From the human T2T-CHM13v2.0 reference genome, Homo sapiens, in assembly GCF_009914755.1 (NCBI RefSeq), contig NC_060926.1: a stretch of 64,000 bases of DNA; one strand, 5' to 3'. Both the position numbers and the translations under genes were made by a program. The first letter of the stretch is position 1. Each line of letters begins with the position of its first letter. The notes under the pieces are model-generated. The model was not told the origin of the DNA. It saw nothing but the letters and a program-made list of their open reading frames with translations, and searched no databases. Below are positions 13,708-27,311 of the stretch, piece by piece.

Positions 13708-14574
13708 ATTCATTATGGCAATTTCAAAGAAGGAAAACATTGGCGAAATTGTTTACAAATGAATTCTCAAAATAAATGTTCTAATTATATTTTACAGAGA
13801 CACAGGGGGAAAGCACAAATGATGATGGAGTCTGGTTTATACTTCACACACAGAAAACATTCATTCAATGAATAATTGAGATCATCAGTTAATTAGAGGT
13901 GGATATACAAAATTTAAAATATTGTGACAGGTAATTGAAAAGACAAAGTATAAGAAGCATTAAAATGAGAAGACAATTTAGGAAAAGTAAAGCCGGGGAT
14001 ATGAGGGCAAAGAATGTAAAATCAGACAAATAGACAAAACATACATTAAAATTTGTTTAATACAAGTTAAAAAAGAATAAAAAATTATTCTTAGAGTAAT
14101 AAATGATGACTGCACAGAAGAAATATCTAACGCTAGCATTTTATATTTTACCCAATTTCAATCCATTCTCAGTAGCACCAGTAGTTCACTTTTAAAACAA
14201 CAAATCTGCCATCTACATTAAAAATGTCTTAGATAATCTCCGCTGTCTAAATGAAATCCTAATTCCTTTGTACTTTATTTAATGCTCCTAAAAGTTTTTC
14301 TTACTCTTCATTTGCAGCCTCATTTCTGGACACAGTTTTCCCAATATACAATAAATTCTATCCACAATCAACTTCTCATAATTTTCCGGAAACACAATGT
14401 GTATGTTCTTTCTTTCTTTATATTTCTTGTCTTTTCTAGATGATTCCATTCCCCTTTTTCCAACTAGTGAATCCTCTTCCCTAGAAGGCAAGTTGATGTT
14501 GATGTGATAATAAAAGGAATGATAATGTCATGGGAAAGAAGAGGAGAATGTTGGGGATTATAGCTCTCTTTTAT

Positions 14575-14770
14575 TAGTTATTTTGGCCAATCCCTGTAGA
14601 GGATATCTTAACTGAGTATTTTATTTAATTCTTACAGCAAACCTCCTTTTTGTTATCCATGTTTTATTGTTGTGAATGCTATAGCTTAAAGAGATTAAAT
14701 GACTTATCCAAGGTCACCCAGTTAATAAGACTATTTTACTCAGTTCAAATACCAAACTGACTTTCCTAAG
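14575..14770 (-). mobile_element. MIR
   Basis: tttaattcttacagcaa..agagattaaatgacttatccaaggtcacccag. Confidence 0.7.
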
Positions 14771-16685
14771 AACTCTTTTATTAAGAATAAAAATTTTAAA
14801 ATTCGTAAAGCCCTACAACGTTCTTTTTATATTGTATCTAATTATATCAGAAATATTTACACATCAGTCTACTCAATTTGATTTTGATTTTCTTGAATCT
14901 AGGAATGAGTTTCATCCACCCTGCTTCCCCCATCCCCTGCAGTGTTAGCTTCATCACAAGCAGTTTATAATCTTTTATTTAACATAAACAAATATAAAAA
15001 ATAAATTCTAAGTATACACGAGTGAAGGCAACATACTCAATAGTACAAACAAGAAATCAAAGCGAATTGCCTTTGTCATTTAAAAAATTTGGAGGAATTA
15101 AACCTTATTAAAATTCCATTAATAACGTTTTCTATTAATAATTCCCTTATTAAAATACTGGAATGTCAATAGATACAGGTATTGAATAAAACTAAGCACA
15201 TAATTTAATGATTTTTCCTAATTATTATTCAGGGAATGTCTTTGAAAAGAGAAGTGCAAAATATACAAAAACAGAAAGATCAAGAAGCATGCCAAATTGG
15301 CATTGTGATTGCCAAAGCAAACAGAACAGTCTGTAAATTATTATTTAGGGATTGGGGTGGCTCTTGCATCAGTCACAAAAAGTGTGGAAATTAAATAATA
15401 TGCTTTAAGAAATCTTGTCATAAGAGAACACAGCATACTTCTTCCTACATCTATTTTTAAATGAATTTCTTATATGATTGCTCATGAAGAGGACCAATAG
15501 TAGTCTTTATTGTTTATAAACCAATCAATATCTCTCAGTCTCAATGTGTAACCTCTCTGTCACCATTAAGACAGCAGACGGCAAAGGAGGGGCAATAAAT
15601 TTTAGCATGTAACAGATGAAGTAGCTGATAGGGTCATTAGAGTAACTATCAGGGATAGAGAAAGCTGTCTCCCAATATCAGTTCCCACAACTTTGACTTT
15701 TAGGTTGCATTTCTTCATAAAATTCAGCCTGATTTTTCTAATTTCCAAAATTCTACACTTATTTTCTATTTTATCTTGTCTCTTTTTGGATGCTTTTAAA
15801 AATTATTCCTCTAAGTGTATACTTGGAAAAAAAATTAATGTTTCTTTGCAACTTCACCCTTTGATTGTTATATATGCATTCAACTGGAGATGAAGTTGGG
15901 TTGAAATCTGGAATTCAAGATTATTTTATACCAAAGTATATATTGTTTTCAGGTAATTTTTATAATGTCCCAAATACGTAACTTTTTAGGCTTTATTTAA
16001 TTATAGATATTTGGCCGAATAAGCACAATCGAAAGTTTCAATTAAGAGTCTAGGACACAAAGTTTGGGGAAAAAAAATCATAGTATTCTAATAATATGTA
16101 TTGCTTTGATGCTGTATGTCTAAAAGCACTCATGAATACCTAGTGCACATGTGTCAAAATAAAACTTTTTTTTAGAGTATAACAAGTTCTTTAGAAAACT
16201 TTTTGCATCAAATGGTGTAAAAATGAAATCATTTTATATAAATTTAGAATCTGTAAAAGGTACAAATTATGCTTTGCTCATCAATTGTATTTATTTACAT
16301 CTAATCAACCCCATCTTCTGTTTCCTACTCAATATTAGCTCTATTATTTGATTGGTTTGGATATATAGGGGCGTGTTATCAAATTATACGCACCCTTGTC
16401 CTTTTCCTCCTTTCATAAGTTTCCTTCAAATTTATAATTCTTATTACTTATTTAAATGAATAATGATGGAGAATTAATAAATAGAATAAATATAAAAAGA
16501 TATTAATCATATAATCGCTCAACACATTCCTACTGAATTGATTTTAATTTTTGAAGAATTATCATATTATATTGAATAAAGAATTAGCTCTCAAATAAAT
16601 ACAAATAATTTCTTAGGGGAAGGCTGAGGAGGAAGACTGAATGAGAAGGAGCTTTGGCAATTGGGTGTTAAATACCATGGGAAAT

Positions 16686-16902
16686 AGTCAAACTCATAGT
16701 AGATAAGAATAGAATGAATGATGGTTGCCAGGGACTGCGTGAGGAGAAAATGGAAAATTATTTTTCAATGGGTATAAAGTTTCTGTTATGCATAATAAAT
16801 AAGTTCTAAATATCTGATGTGTAACATAGTATCTATATTAATAAGACAGTATTGTGCACTTTAAAATATGATAAGAGTATACATCTCATGTTATGTTCTT
16901 AC

Positions 16903-16941
<39 letters not shown>

Positions 16942-17060
16942 TTATTACCTTGATTTTGGTGATGATATAATGGGTATATGCATATTTTTAAACTAATCAA
17001 ATTGTATATATTTAATATGTGCAGTTCATGTGTATCAATTATATATCAATAAAGCTAAAT
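16686..17060 (+). mobile_element. L1MB1/2-like 3' end with internal (CA)n and a decayed 15-bp TSD
   Basis: atggttgccagggactg..aatgggtataaagtttctgttatgca..caataaagct; TSD AATACCATGGGAAAT (16671) / AATACAATGGAAAAT (17061). Confidence 0.88.
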
Positions 17061-17656
17061 AATACAATGGAAAATTCAGAATAAGACAGAGATGGATTGT
17101 GAAATAATGTTCATACATTGTGTTAGTTTTTCTTAGGCTCAAATTGGTGCTAATTTTTTTTTATTCTGAGAGATAAAAAGCTGAAGGTTTCAGAATATCA
17201 CTAATGTTTTATATGTAGTTCTGAAGATTTGTACAAACCTCTCTTCCCCCTTTTTAACTTTATATAAAAAAGGAGAAAGATCAATCTGTCGGTATGAGAA
17301 AGGAAAATTATAAGTTCTATCTGGGGATTTACTCGTCATTAAGTTTGTATTTCAATATTGCAAAAAACTCTTGGCTATGATTAGAGATATTCATATTAAA
17401 AATTCAGATAATGTAGACTGTTATGAAGAAGAAGTTTCAAATTAGCTGAAATAAGTTTCAAAGTCAGTTAATTTGTTACCAGCGGGAGAAAGTCACCATT
17501 ATATTTGGCGTGTATTCCTGAAGAGCATACATAAGATAGACATAAACACAACTACAATATTGGAAGGTTTGCTTATTTATTTTATAGAAATAATCATTCT
17601 GTATAAAATTTGAGAAGTGCTTCTTTCTTACAGTTTATCATGACCATTTTTCTATT

Positions 17657-17807
17657 ATGATGGTTGCCAGGGACTGCGTGAGGAGAAAAATGGAAAATTA
17701 TTTTTCAATGGGTATAAAGTTTCTGTTATGCATAATAAATAAGTTCTGAATATCTGATGTGTAACATAGTATCTATATTAATAAGACAGTATTGTGCACT
17801 TTAAAAT
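17657..17807 (+). repeat. Near-exact local copy of 16718-16867
   Basis: 150/151 bp; only one extra A and one A>G difference. Confidence 0.97.
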
Positions 17808-19699
17808 CATGGTAGACATGATTTATTGTAGATTATACATTTTCCCATCCTAAGAAATGCATAGTTTTTGCTTCCATTGGCATTAAATAATAATTATGTA
17901 TAAGGAATAAATTTAACATAAACCTCTTTTATTTGCTTATTCAAATTTATTTAAAAATTTGAATGTTTGTACAAACCTAAAAGTAGATAAAGTGAGAAGA
18001 ATAGCAGCCATAAATTTTCTCAGAAAATTACATGAAAACCTAATTAACAGCTGGTGATAACAATGGTGAAACTAACTTCCCAAGATTTTAAAATCAGTCA
18101 TTTAAAACTTACACTGTCAAACATCAAGTTCAATATTCATTTTAGTATGCGACTCTGCAATCGACAAAAATACATTTCTTTTAATTTATGAAACAGAAAA
18201 TATGGTTGTTTTCTCTATTTCTTCTCTTAAGACATTATTTAATCATCTGTATCTTTCTTTTATTGATCTCTTCCTTTTAAAATCTTCATTACTCTTGTCT
18301 TTTCTCCCAGCTAGTCCACTTGCTCTGCTTTATCCTGTTATGATCTTCTTCTAATGCTCAACCACCATTCCAAAAGGGCTTCTTCATAATTTAAATTAAT
18401 AATGTGAGTGTGTGTAGAAAAAAAAGCGTAGAAGTTTTATTTTAATGTTTTTGAGCAACCTAAATGCGTGGAAGATGCATCATCACGCAATTTTAAAAAT
18501 AAAAATGATAGATTGATATATTTTAATTTGTATTACATGCTATCTGCTTATGTTCTTCACATGTTAATGGCTACTGAAAATAAAAACCATTACAAAATTC
18601 TCTTGAAGCCTTTAAACAGAAGAAACAACCTTGTAAAAATAAATATTTGTCTATGTGTCTGAAGAGAACCTTCTTCCACAGCTGTGTGGAAGAACCTTCC
18701 ACAGAGCATAGGTACATGTTGCCCTTTTTTCAATATTTAAGATGTTATATGTCATATTCAAATTGTTGTAGTATTCCAAGACAGTAAAACTAGTGATATA
18801 TTTAATGTGACAATAATGTGTTAATTTTTATTTCAAGACATCTTGTATGAACTACTATTTTTGGGAAGAATTCACCTGTCCTGGATTGCTATGCTCTATT
18901 TGGAAGTACATATCCAAATATCAGTCATTTATCTCTATTCCTAAAGTCTAGTAAATGCAACAAGCAATCTGAAAAAGGGAACTGCAGCTGCATAAAGTGA
19001 GCATAATTGATTACTAATTGATATGCATCTAATAGAGACTTCTTTCTACCCCTTTAGTATCTTTTTATTTATTTTGAATAATGTTTTCATGTTTGGCCCA
19101 TTTCCTTGTTCTTTCTCCACCCCAATCTCCCTTATTTATTTAGGTCAACTTGACAACCCCTTTTTTTTTTGAGAATGAATTCGATGTCTTAAAATCTCTC
19201 TCTCTTTTTATATTTATTTTAGTTTGGCAGCAAACATTAGTTCTCGCTTGCTATATTTTACTCATCAAAGTGTTAACATCATTCATAAATTATTACCAAT
19301 GGTAGGCACTGGTTGTTATCAATCACCAGGGAATAATTGATGCTGATTGAATCAAATAAATGTGGTGTTTGTGAAACTATGACCTTGTCATTCAACTTGG
19401 GTACAAAAATCTATTAGATCTATGAGAACTGAATCTTAAAGATAACTGAAGAAGGCAGCTTTCTATTGACTTAAACAAATAAAAATGTCTTTTTATTTGA
19501 ATATTTCTTTCTTTACAATACATGATAGTCTAAAGCTCTGAAAAACAACAATAAAATCACTACTAATCTCCCTTATGTGAGACTAAATGAAGGGTCCTGG
19601 GAATATTAATTCTGAAAGAAAGCTTGTCCAGCCTCCCATTTTATAATAAACTATATCAATTCAAGGACTACACAGAGTAAATTTTTTCAAGTTGTATAG

Positions 19700-20080
19700 T
19701 TCTCTGGTTTGAAAGTGTCCCCCAAAGTTTATGTGTTGGAAACTTAATCCCGAAGCACCAGTGTTGAGAAGTGGGACCTTTCAGAGGCAGAGCCCTCATG
19801 AATGGCAGGATTAATGCCATTATTATTGAGTGGGTTAGTTATCATGAGAGCAGATTCCTGATAAAACGGTAAGTTCAACCTCCTTCCCTCTCTCACTCTT
19901 GTCTTCTCTTGCCTTTCCACCTAAAGCCAGGAGATGACTTAGCAAGAAGGCCTGCATCAGATGCTGGCACCATGCTCTCATACTTCCCAACCTCCATAAC
20001 CATAAGTCAATACATTTCTGTTCTTTATAAATTACCTAGTCTCAGATATTCTGGTATAGCAGCACAAGTGAACTAAGACA
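19700..20080 (+). mobile_element. MSTD/MSTC-like MaLR solo LTR
   Basis: tggtttgaaagtgtcccccaaag..gttggaaacttaatccc..ataaattacctagtctcag..aactaagaca; TSD tatag/catag. Confidence 0.88.
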
Positions 20081-21425
20081 CATAGTGAGCCTTTAGCAGA
20101 ACCCCATTTTCCTACCAACCTCTCATGTCACCTCCCACAATGTGCATTTTCTTTTATTTATACTAAAAGTGACCAAAAAAAAAAGTTTAGAATTGAAACT
20201 ATTTCCAGTTGGTATCAAGATCCAGATAGAGTTAACCTTAATATATATGTGTAAAAAGCTACAATTCAACCGAGTCTCTAAGGCTTCAAATATGAAAAGA
20301 AATAAAATGTGTTTGTTGTTTTGATTTAGCCACAAATCAGTGATTTAATTTAGCTACTCTTTTCCAAATGACTATGAATTTGATACTGAGTCAGTGCTTT
20401 CATGGTATGTCCATAGGTGTAAAATGATGGCCTTAATGCTTATAATAATAAGGTAGGTTTTTGTATGTCTAATATACAGAGAAATTTCCAAAGACTTTTT
20501 AATCTTTGCTTAGCATAAGGAGTTTAGTCAGTAACTATTACAAGGAAAAAATGATCAGTTTTCATTTGTCAGTTCTATAAGCCCCAGGCAAGTTTCTTTC
20601 GGTTTTGACTTTTTATTAATTAACCATATCCTAAGTGCTAAAAGCCATGAGTCATTTTTAAAATTTATCTTTTTTTGTATGCCATCACTTCTAGTTTTAC
20701 CACTTTGTACTCACAAAGAAGCCACAAATGGATTAATCATTATGTCATCTAAGGAAATAAATCCATGGCATAGGGGTAAATTTAAAAAATACTTTGTACT
20801 AGGATTTTATAATAGCTTAAATTTATTGAAGGGCTACTGTGTCACAATCAACATGCTCAGCATTTTTCATGTGTTATTTTCCATTTGTAACTGGCAACTA
20901 CTTAGGATTATTTAGTTAAAATCCCTTCCTTTATGGAATGAGATGTCTGTTTATTACGTTTACAGCCACATTACAGATCTATTGACATAAACTCCAACTA
21001 TGGTAATTGTTGCTCCTTTTTTTCCCCCTCTCTGTTTCACCTGCTCAATGTTTAGCATAATCAAGGTGAACTTTTTTAGAGAGGCTTGCTTCATTTTTCA
21101 CATTGCTATGACCATTCCTACAGTCATTGTCAAATGCAGTCATAAATCAAATATCTGGACATAGGAGTTTAGGCTAAGTAAGTTACAAAGTTGTTTTGGC
21201 GTCCAAAACTTAATTGTATAAATATCTCCAGGGGATGGAGATTTCTCCCCTGAAAATAGAGCACTTGGAACAGAAATTCAGATTGCTTATTTCATATAAT
21301 ACAAATTCCTTATAAAACAACTCTTTAATCTACTTAAAATCCAATAGCCCATTAAAATTATCATCTTATCTTAGACCCCATTATAATTCTTGTCTCATTC
21401 CTTCCTTTCATTCTCTCTGTCTGGC

Positions 21426-21457
<32 letters not shown>

Positions 21458-21747
21458 AATTTTTATTTTCTTAATTGCATTGTATGGATGTGTACATTTT
21501 GTTTATTCTGTTTTGCTTTGCTCTGATCATGAGGGTCTTTATACTTGGAAATAACAAAGTGTAACTTAAAAATACAAATATACTTTTTGTGCCACATTTA
21601 GAGACCAAATTCTTGATTAATTATTGGATCAACATGAGTTCTGGGATAATTCTTAAAAACTTAGTGTGTCATCATGAGAAAATCAAGGATAACCATTATC
21701 AGAAGTAAATGTGCAACCAGTTAAAAATTCATATATTATAGGCCCTA

Positions 21748-22022
21748 ATTTTATTTCTCTGTCACCCAGGCTGGAGTGCAGTGGCGTGATCTCGGCTCAC
21801 TGCAAACTCTGCCTCCTGGGTTCAAGTAATTCTCTGCCTCAGCCTCCCGAGTAGCTGGGATTACAGGTGCCCACCACCCCACCCAGCTAATTTTTTGTAT
21901 TTTTAGTAGGGACCAGGTTTCACCATCTTGGCCAGGCTGATCTTGAACTCCTGACCTTGTGATCCACCCGCCTCGGCCTCCCAAAGCACTGGGATTACAG
22001 GCGTGAGCCACCGCGACCAGCC
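21748..22022 (-). mobile_element. AluS (Sg-like), lacking the last about 12 nt and most of the A-tail
   Basis: Antisense Alu body; ctgaccttgtgatcc 2-bp deletion; ends abruptly at ttttatttctctgtcacccagg. Confidence 0.93.
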
Positions 22023-22089
22023 TGAAATATATTTTAATTTGGTTTTGCACATCATTAAATTGGTTTCCCATCATCTTTGACTAGCCTTT

Positions 22090-23570
22090 CTATAGTTCCT
22101 GTATTTCTAAGTTCTCAACATGGAAATCAACTAGTTAGGATACAGGCCGGTCACCTAGACTACCAATCATCTGAACTTGATTTGGAATTGATCAGTAAGA
22201 AAAAGCAGGCTCCCTGCAGTGCTTCTAAGTTTTGTTAGGTGAATGGTCACAGGATATTTTGTTTTCGCTGGCATCAGTTGTTGTGAGTGAAGTTCCTAGC
22301 ATAGAAGTGGCTTTTGTAGTCCTGAAGCAGGTAGACATTTTCTATAAAGGCTCTATGGAGTAGAAGTTATTGTTTCAACAGCCAGTTTCATGGTGTGGTT
22401 TCAGCCAACATTCCTAGAAGCTTAGCCCTGATCTGGGTTTTTTAGTTCTCCCAATAAATTTATCAGCTGCCCACACCTTTCATTTTTTGCCTTCAGTTTT
22501 ATTGTGCTATAATTGACAATTAAAATTTCATATATTTAAGATGTGCAAGTTAATGATTTGATGGACATTATGAAACACTCAATTACCACAATTAAGCTTA
22601 TTAACTTCTATCACCTCCTGTAGTTACTATCATCTATTTTTGTGTGATAAGAATAGTTAAGATCTATCCTCTTAGCACATTTCAAGTATATAAAACAGTA
22701 TCAACTATAGTCATAGTGTTGTGCATTAGGTCTCTAGAACTTACCCATCTCACAGAATTAAAATTTTATGCCCTCTGACTGAGAGCTTCTCATTTCCCCC
22801 TCCCCTCAGCTCCTTGGCAACCACCATTCTACTTTCTGCTTCTATATGTTTGATGATTTTAGTCTCCATATATAAGTGAGATCCTAGAGTATTTTTCTTT
22901 GTGTGTTTGGTTTATTTTACTAAGCTTAATGACCTTCAGGTTTATCCATTTTGTTGCAAATGAAATTATGTTCTTCTTTTTTAAAAATTAACATTTTGTT
23001 GCATTTATAAACCACACCTTCTTTATCCATCCATCCACTGCAAGACATTTTAGTTGTTTCCATATTGTGGCTACTTAGTGAATAATGCTGAAATGAACAC
23101 AGTTGTGCATAGATCTCTTAAGGACCCTGATTTTGTATCCTTTGAAAATGTGCCAAGAATCAAGGTTGTTGTATCATAAGATAGCTCTATTTTTATTTTT
23201 GTTTTTTATTTTTTTTTTTTAGCAACTTCTGTATTGTTTTCTATAATGGTCATACCAATTCACATTTCTCAAAAGAAACATACAAATAGCAAACGGGTAT
23301 ATGAAAAGGAGCTAAAATGAACTAATCATCAGGAAAATGCAAATCAAAACCACACTGAAATATCACCTCATACCTGTTAGCTTGGTCATTATGAGAAAGA
23401 AAAAAGGTAAGTGTTAGCAAGGATATGGAGAAAAGGAAACCCTTGTACACTGTTGGTAGAAATGTAAATTGTTACACCCAGTATCTTTTTTAATACACTC
23501 CCTTTAGCTTTAATTAGGTAAAATCCAATATTGTTGCTTGTAGTCAAGAATTCTGGTATGGCCTTCCTCA
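22090..23570 (+). mobile_element. Old ERVL-type LTR split by the L1 at 22495-23480
   Basis: ctcccaataaatttatcagctgccca | cccagtatctttttaata..ttgttgcttgtagtcaagaattctg resembles a continuous ERVL LTR 3' end. Confidence 0.45.
22495..23480 (-). mobile_element. L1MA8/9-like element with a 5' inversion (antisense 22495-23268, sense 23263-23480)
   Basis: Antisense L1MA 3'UTR (tataattgacaa..aagatctatcctcttagc..), then orientation flips at acatttc to catttctcaaaagaaacatacaaa..gtacactgttggtagaaatgtaaattg. Confidence 0.88.
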
Positions 23571-23755
23571 AACTGTTATTCAATTAAAGGACACCCGAAG
23601 ATATATGAACATAGAATGATGTATGTAATATATATAGAAGTCAAGAAATTCTAGCTTAGGTCCTGGCTCCAATGTGTTCTTACTGTATTTGAGCAAATCA
23701 ATTAAATTTTGGCACTTCACTTTTCTTGCATGTAGAATTGTTTTGAGAAGAGAAA

Positions 23756-23950
23756 TTTTTATTTTTTATTTTCTTTTTTTACAATTTTTGTGGGTACATA
23801 CTAGGTGTATATATTTGGGGGGCACATGAGATGTTTTGATACAAGCATGCGGTGTGAAATAAGCACATCATGGAAAATTGAGCATCCATCCCCTCAAGCA
23901 TTTATCCTTTGAGTTACAAACAATCCAATTACATTATTTATTTTAAAATA
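23756..23950 (-). mobile_element. L1MA2/3-like 3' tip
   Basis: tttgtgggtacatactaggtgtatatatt..catccatcccctcaagcatttatcctttgagttacaaacaatccaattaca. Confidence 0.88.
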
Positions 23951-24486
23951 ATGAAAAAAATGCAATGTTTTAAATTTCTTTTTGTTCTTCTCAGTATTTT
24001 TTAAAATTCTTGAGCCAAGGATATATATTTCATATTTAAAAGATGACTTCTTATTCTTGATGCCTATATTCTTCAGCAATGTATAATAAGATCAAATGAA
24101 AACCAATAATTAAATGTCACTACTGTTCTTGTGTGCCTCATGCATATGCATTCCATTGTTTCATGGTATTCGGGTCTGTTTTCCTTGCACAACTTTTCAT
24201 TGCGCTAGTCTTGACTTTTTTCTGTCAAGGAAGACATCTTTAAAAGGTACATAGACACTTTATAAAAAGTTGTTCCTTCTGGGCACTTATGTCCATAGGC
24301 GAACTGCTTAGCAAAGGCTCAGTGGCTTGCTGTATTCTGGTAGAATACAGCCCTGTGCAAGAATATAGCCAGAGTATAGATTGACATTCGGCCACCTCTT
24401 ATTCTCTAAGCTGAGTTGTTTTGTGTAGAGAACAAATCACACAATCATATGAAGAAGGCTTCTTATATCTACATATAATACATACA

Positions 24487-24826
<340 letters not shown>

Positions 24827-25614
24827 TTATATCAGTGATGATATTAAAATTAGACATTTAAATTAAGTTTGGTAAGTCATTTCATTTTACTAGAATTTAA
24901 ATTACTGCCTACTTCTTACAATTTAAATATGTTAAGAGACTTTGGAAATAATTGGAATTCACTAATAACTTTATACTGAAAAACATTTTCAATTTGCCCA
25001 AATTGTATACTAATGAATATAATACATAAGGTACAAAAAAAGTATACTTAAGAATTACAAATAATTACCAATGTTATAAAATACTATCAAATATTGATTA
25101 CAAATTTTTCAAATTTTTGGTTCATCAGCAGGGAAAATTTTTATCCTCTGGAAAATCTAAGTATGGATATGGGTTAAGGTCCTGAATTTTATTATTATTC
25201 TCACTATCAGTTGTTGTAATATTTAGAAAGTATAATTAACAATAATGCTTAATGTATATCTCCCACTTTTTTATTGTTCCTAGTACTATATTGAGAAAAA
25301 AAAAACTAATAATAAAATGGGGGCAAGTACTGGGGATTTCTCTGTCAAGCAAGGAAATGCTTTTCTCAAGAAAAATCTGGAAGTTTGTCAGTAGAATGTG
25401 AGAAAGGAAAGACAGTTGGTATTTAGCTGCTGAGCTCACCACCTCCTGTGCTTATTACATTCTTAATTGTTTCTCTCTTACCCGAACTGGGTTCATGATG
25501 CAGGACCAAGGATGTCAAAGTAGCACTAGTATTTTCAGAGCAGTGCATTAGGGCAACCTAATGCCTGATCTTTCCATCCTAATCTTAAAAATGCTCAAAC
25601 CCCATGTCTAAGCT

Positions 25615-25812
25615 TTTGCTGTTCAACACATCGCCACTAGTCACATGTGGCCATTCATATTTACATTCACATTAAATAAAATTATATATTCAGTCTGTCA
25701 GTTGTACTAGCCATGTCTCAAGTGCTCTAGTCGCCTATGGCTATGGCTACGATATAGGGCAGCACACACTGAACATTTATATCATTGAGGGAAGTTCTAT
25801 TAAGAGTCCTGA
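25615..25812. mobile_element. MER3-like hAT-Charlie element
   Basis: gccactagtcacatgtggc..ctagccatgtctcaagtgctc..aagttctatt. Confidence 0.75.
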
Positions 25813-26084
25813 CCTAGCACTTACTTAAATGCTAATTTGTATTTTTAACTTACAGTTCCCTGGCATCTTGCTTGAAATACTCTGGTGACATAGTAAAGGT
25901 CTCATTCCCATACTGAATGTGTTCTTTCCATTTAATAGTTGCCACTAGGTAATTAGTAGTGTCTCATGGGATGACAGACAGCAGAGCACAGCAGTCACAA
26001 TGTTACCGTGTTTTAGCCTGTAAACCTTTTGACAAAGGCACATGTTCCTTTATCACAACTTGTTTGTCAAAGTAGAGTAATTAA

Positions 26085-26250
26085 CATATTGCATCAAATC
26101 TGAGATACCATCAATTGAAAGATATACCATTATTTTGTATTTTCATGAACAATTAAATTAATGACATTCCATTTGGTCTACAGTCTGCCCAATTCCAGAG
26201 ATGTTAAAGTGTGAAAAAAGTGTGCACCTTAGGTTTATTGAAATTTAAAA
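26085..26250. mobile_element. MER104-like TcMar-Tc2 MITE
   Basis: ccatcaattgaaagatataccatt..ccagagatgttaaagtgtgaaaaaagtgtgcaccttag. Confidence 0.55.
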
Positions 26251-26949
26251 TAAGAAGCCAAACTTTTACTCATTTCCAAAATTGAATCTTATTGCAACAT
26301 ACAGAAAATGAAGCAACTTAAATATAGAAAACCTTGCTTGTTAGTGTTTCAATGGATTGAGAGGCTTCTTAAAATACTTCTCTATTCCTTTATTCATTTT
26401 ATGTATCTTGCTATATTTTGCCCCACTCTAACTCTCTTGCTTTTGGGTGTTCAGTTACACATACGTTAGAATATTTTATATTGCTCCAAACTTTTTTCCT
26501 AATACTTCTTCTCTTTGTATTTTAATTTGAGTAATTTCCACTAACCTATCTTCAAGCTTACCATTTTTTTAATGGTGATATCGAATCTACTACCAATCAG
26601 TGGCAATTTATATTTCTGTTTTTTATTTTTTCCATTTCCAGCATTTCTTTTTTTTAATTTCTTTTTTATAAATTGTTTATTTTAGGTTTGGGGTACATGT
26701 ACAGGTTTGTTTTATGGGTAAATTGTGTGTCACAGGAGTTTGGCATATAGATTATTTCATCACCCAGGTAATAAGCATAGTACCCAACAGGTAGTTTTTT
26801 TAGTCCTCTCCCTCCTCCCATCCTCCACCCTCAAGTAGACCTTGGTTTGTTCCCTTTGTTGTGTGCATGTGTACTCAGTGTTCAGTTTCCCTCATAAGTG
26901 AGAACATCCAGTATTTGGTTTTCCGTTTCTACATTAGTTCATTTAGGAT

Positions 26950-27311
26950 TGTTTTAGTCCATTTTCATGCTGCTATGAAGCATATCTGAGACTGGGTAAC
27001 TTATAAAGGAAAGGGGTTTAATTGATTCACAGTTATGCATGGCTGGAGAGTTCTCAGGAAACTTACAATCATGGTGGAAGGCAAAAGGGAAGCAGGCACC
27101 TTCTTCACAGCGCTGCAAGAAAGAACCAACAGGGGAAACCCTCACTTGTAAAATCATCAGATCTCATGAGAACTCGCTCACTATCACGAGAACATCATGG
27201 AAGAAAACCACCCCCATGATCCAATAATCTCCCACCAGGACCCTCCCTTAACACCTGGGGAATTGCAATTCAAGATGAGAAGTGGGTGGCAACACAAAGC
27301 CAAACATATCA
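26950..27311 (-). mobile_element. THE1D/MSTA-like solo LTR inserted in the L1PA
   Basis: tgttttagtccattttcatgctgctat..ctcaggaaacttacaatcatgg..agatctcatgagaactc..catatca. Confidence 0.92.

Noticed and set aside
21426-21454. Long poly(T) as the tail of a processed pseudogene
   Set aside because: No recognisable mRNA body, ORF or TSD adjacent
23400-23412. AG|GTAAGT as a recursive or cryptic splice site
   Set aside because: Preceded by an A-run rather than a pyrimidine tract, and lies inside an L1 fragment
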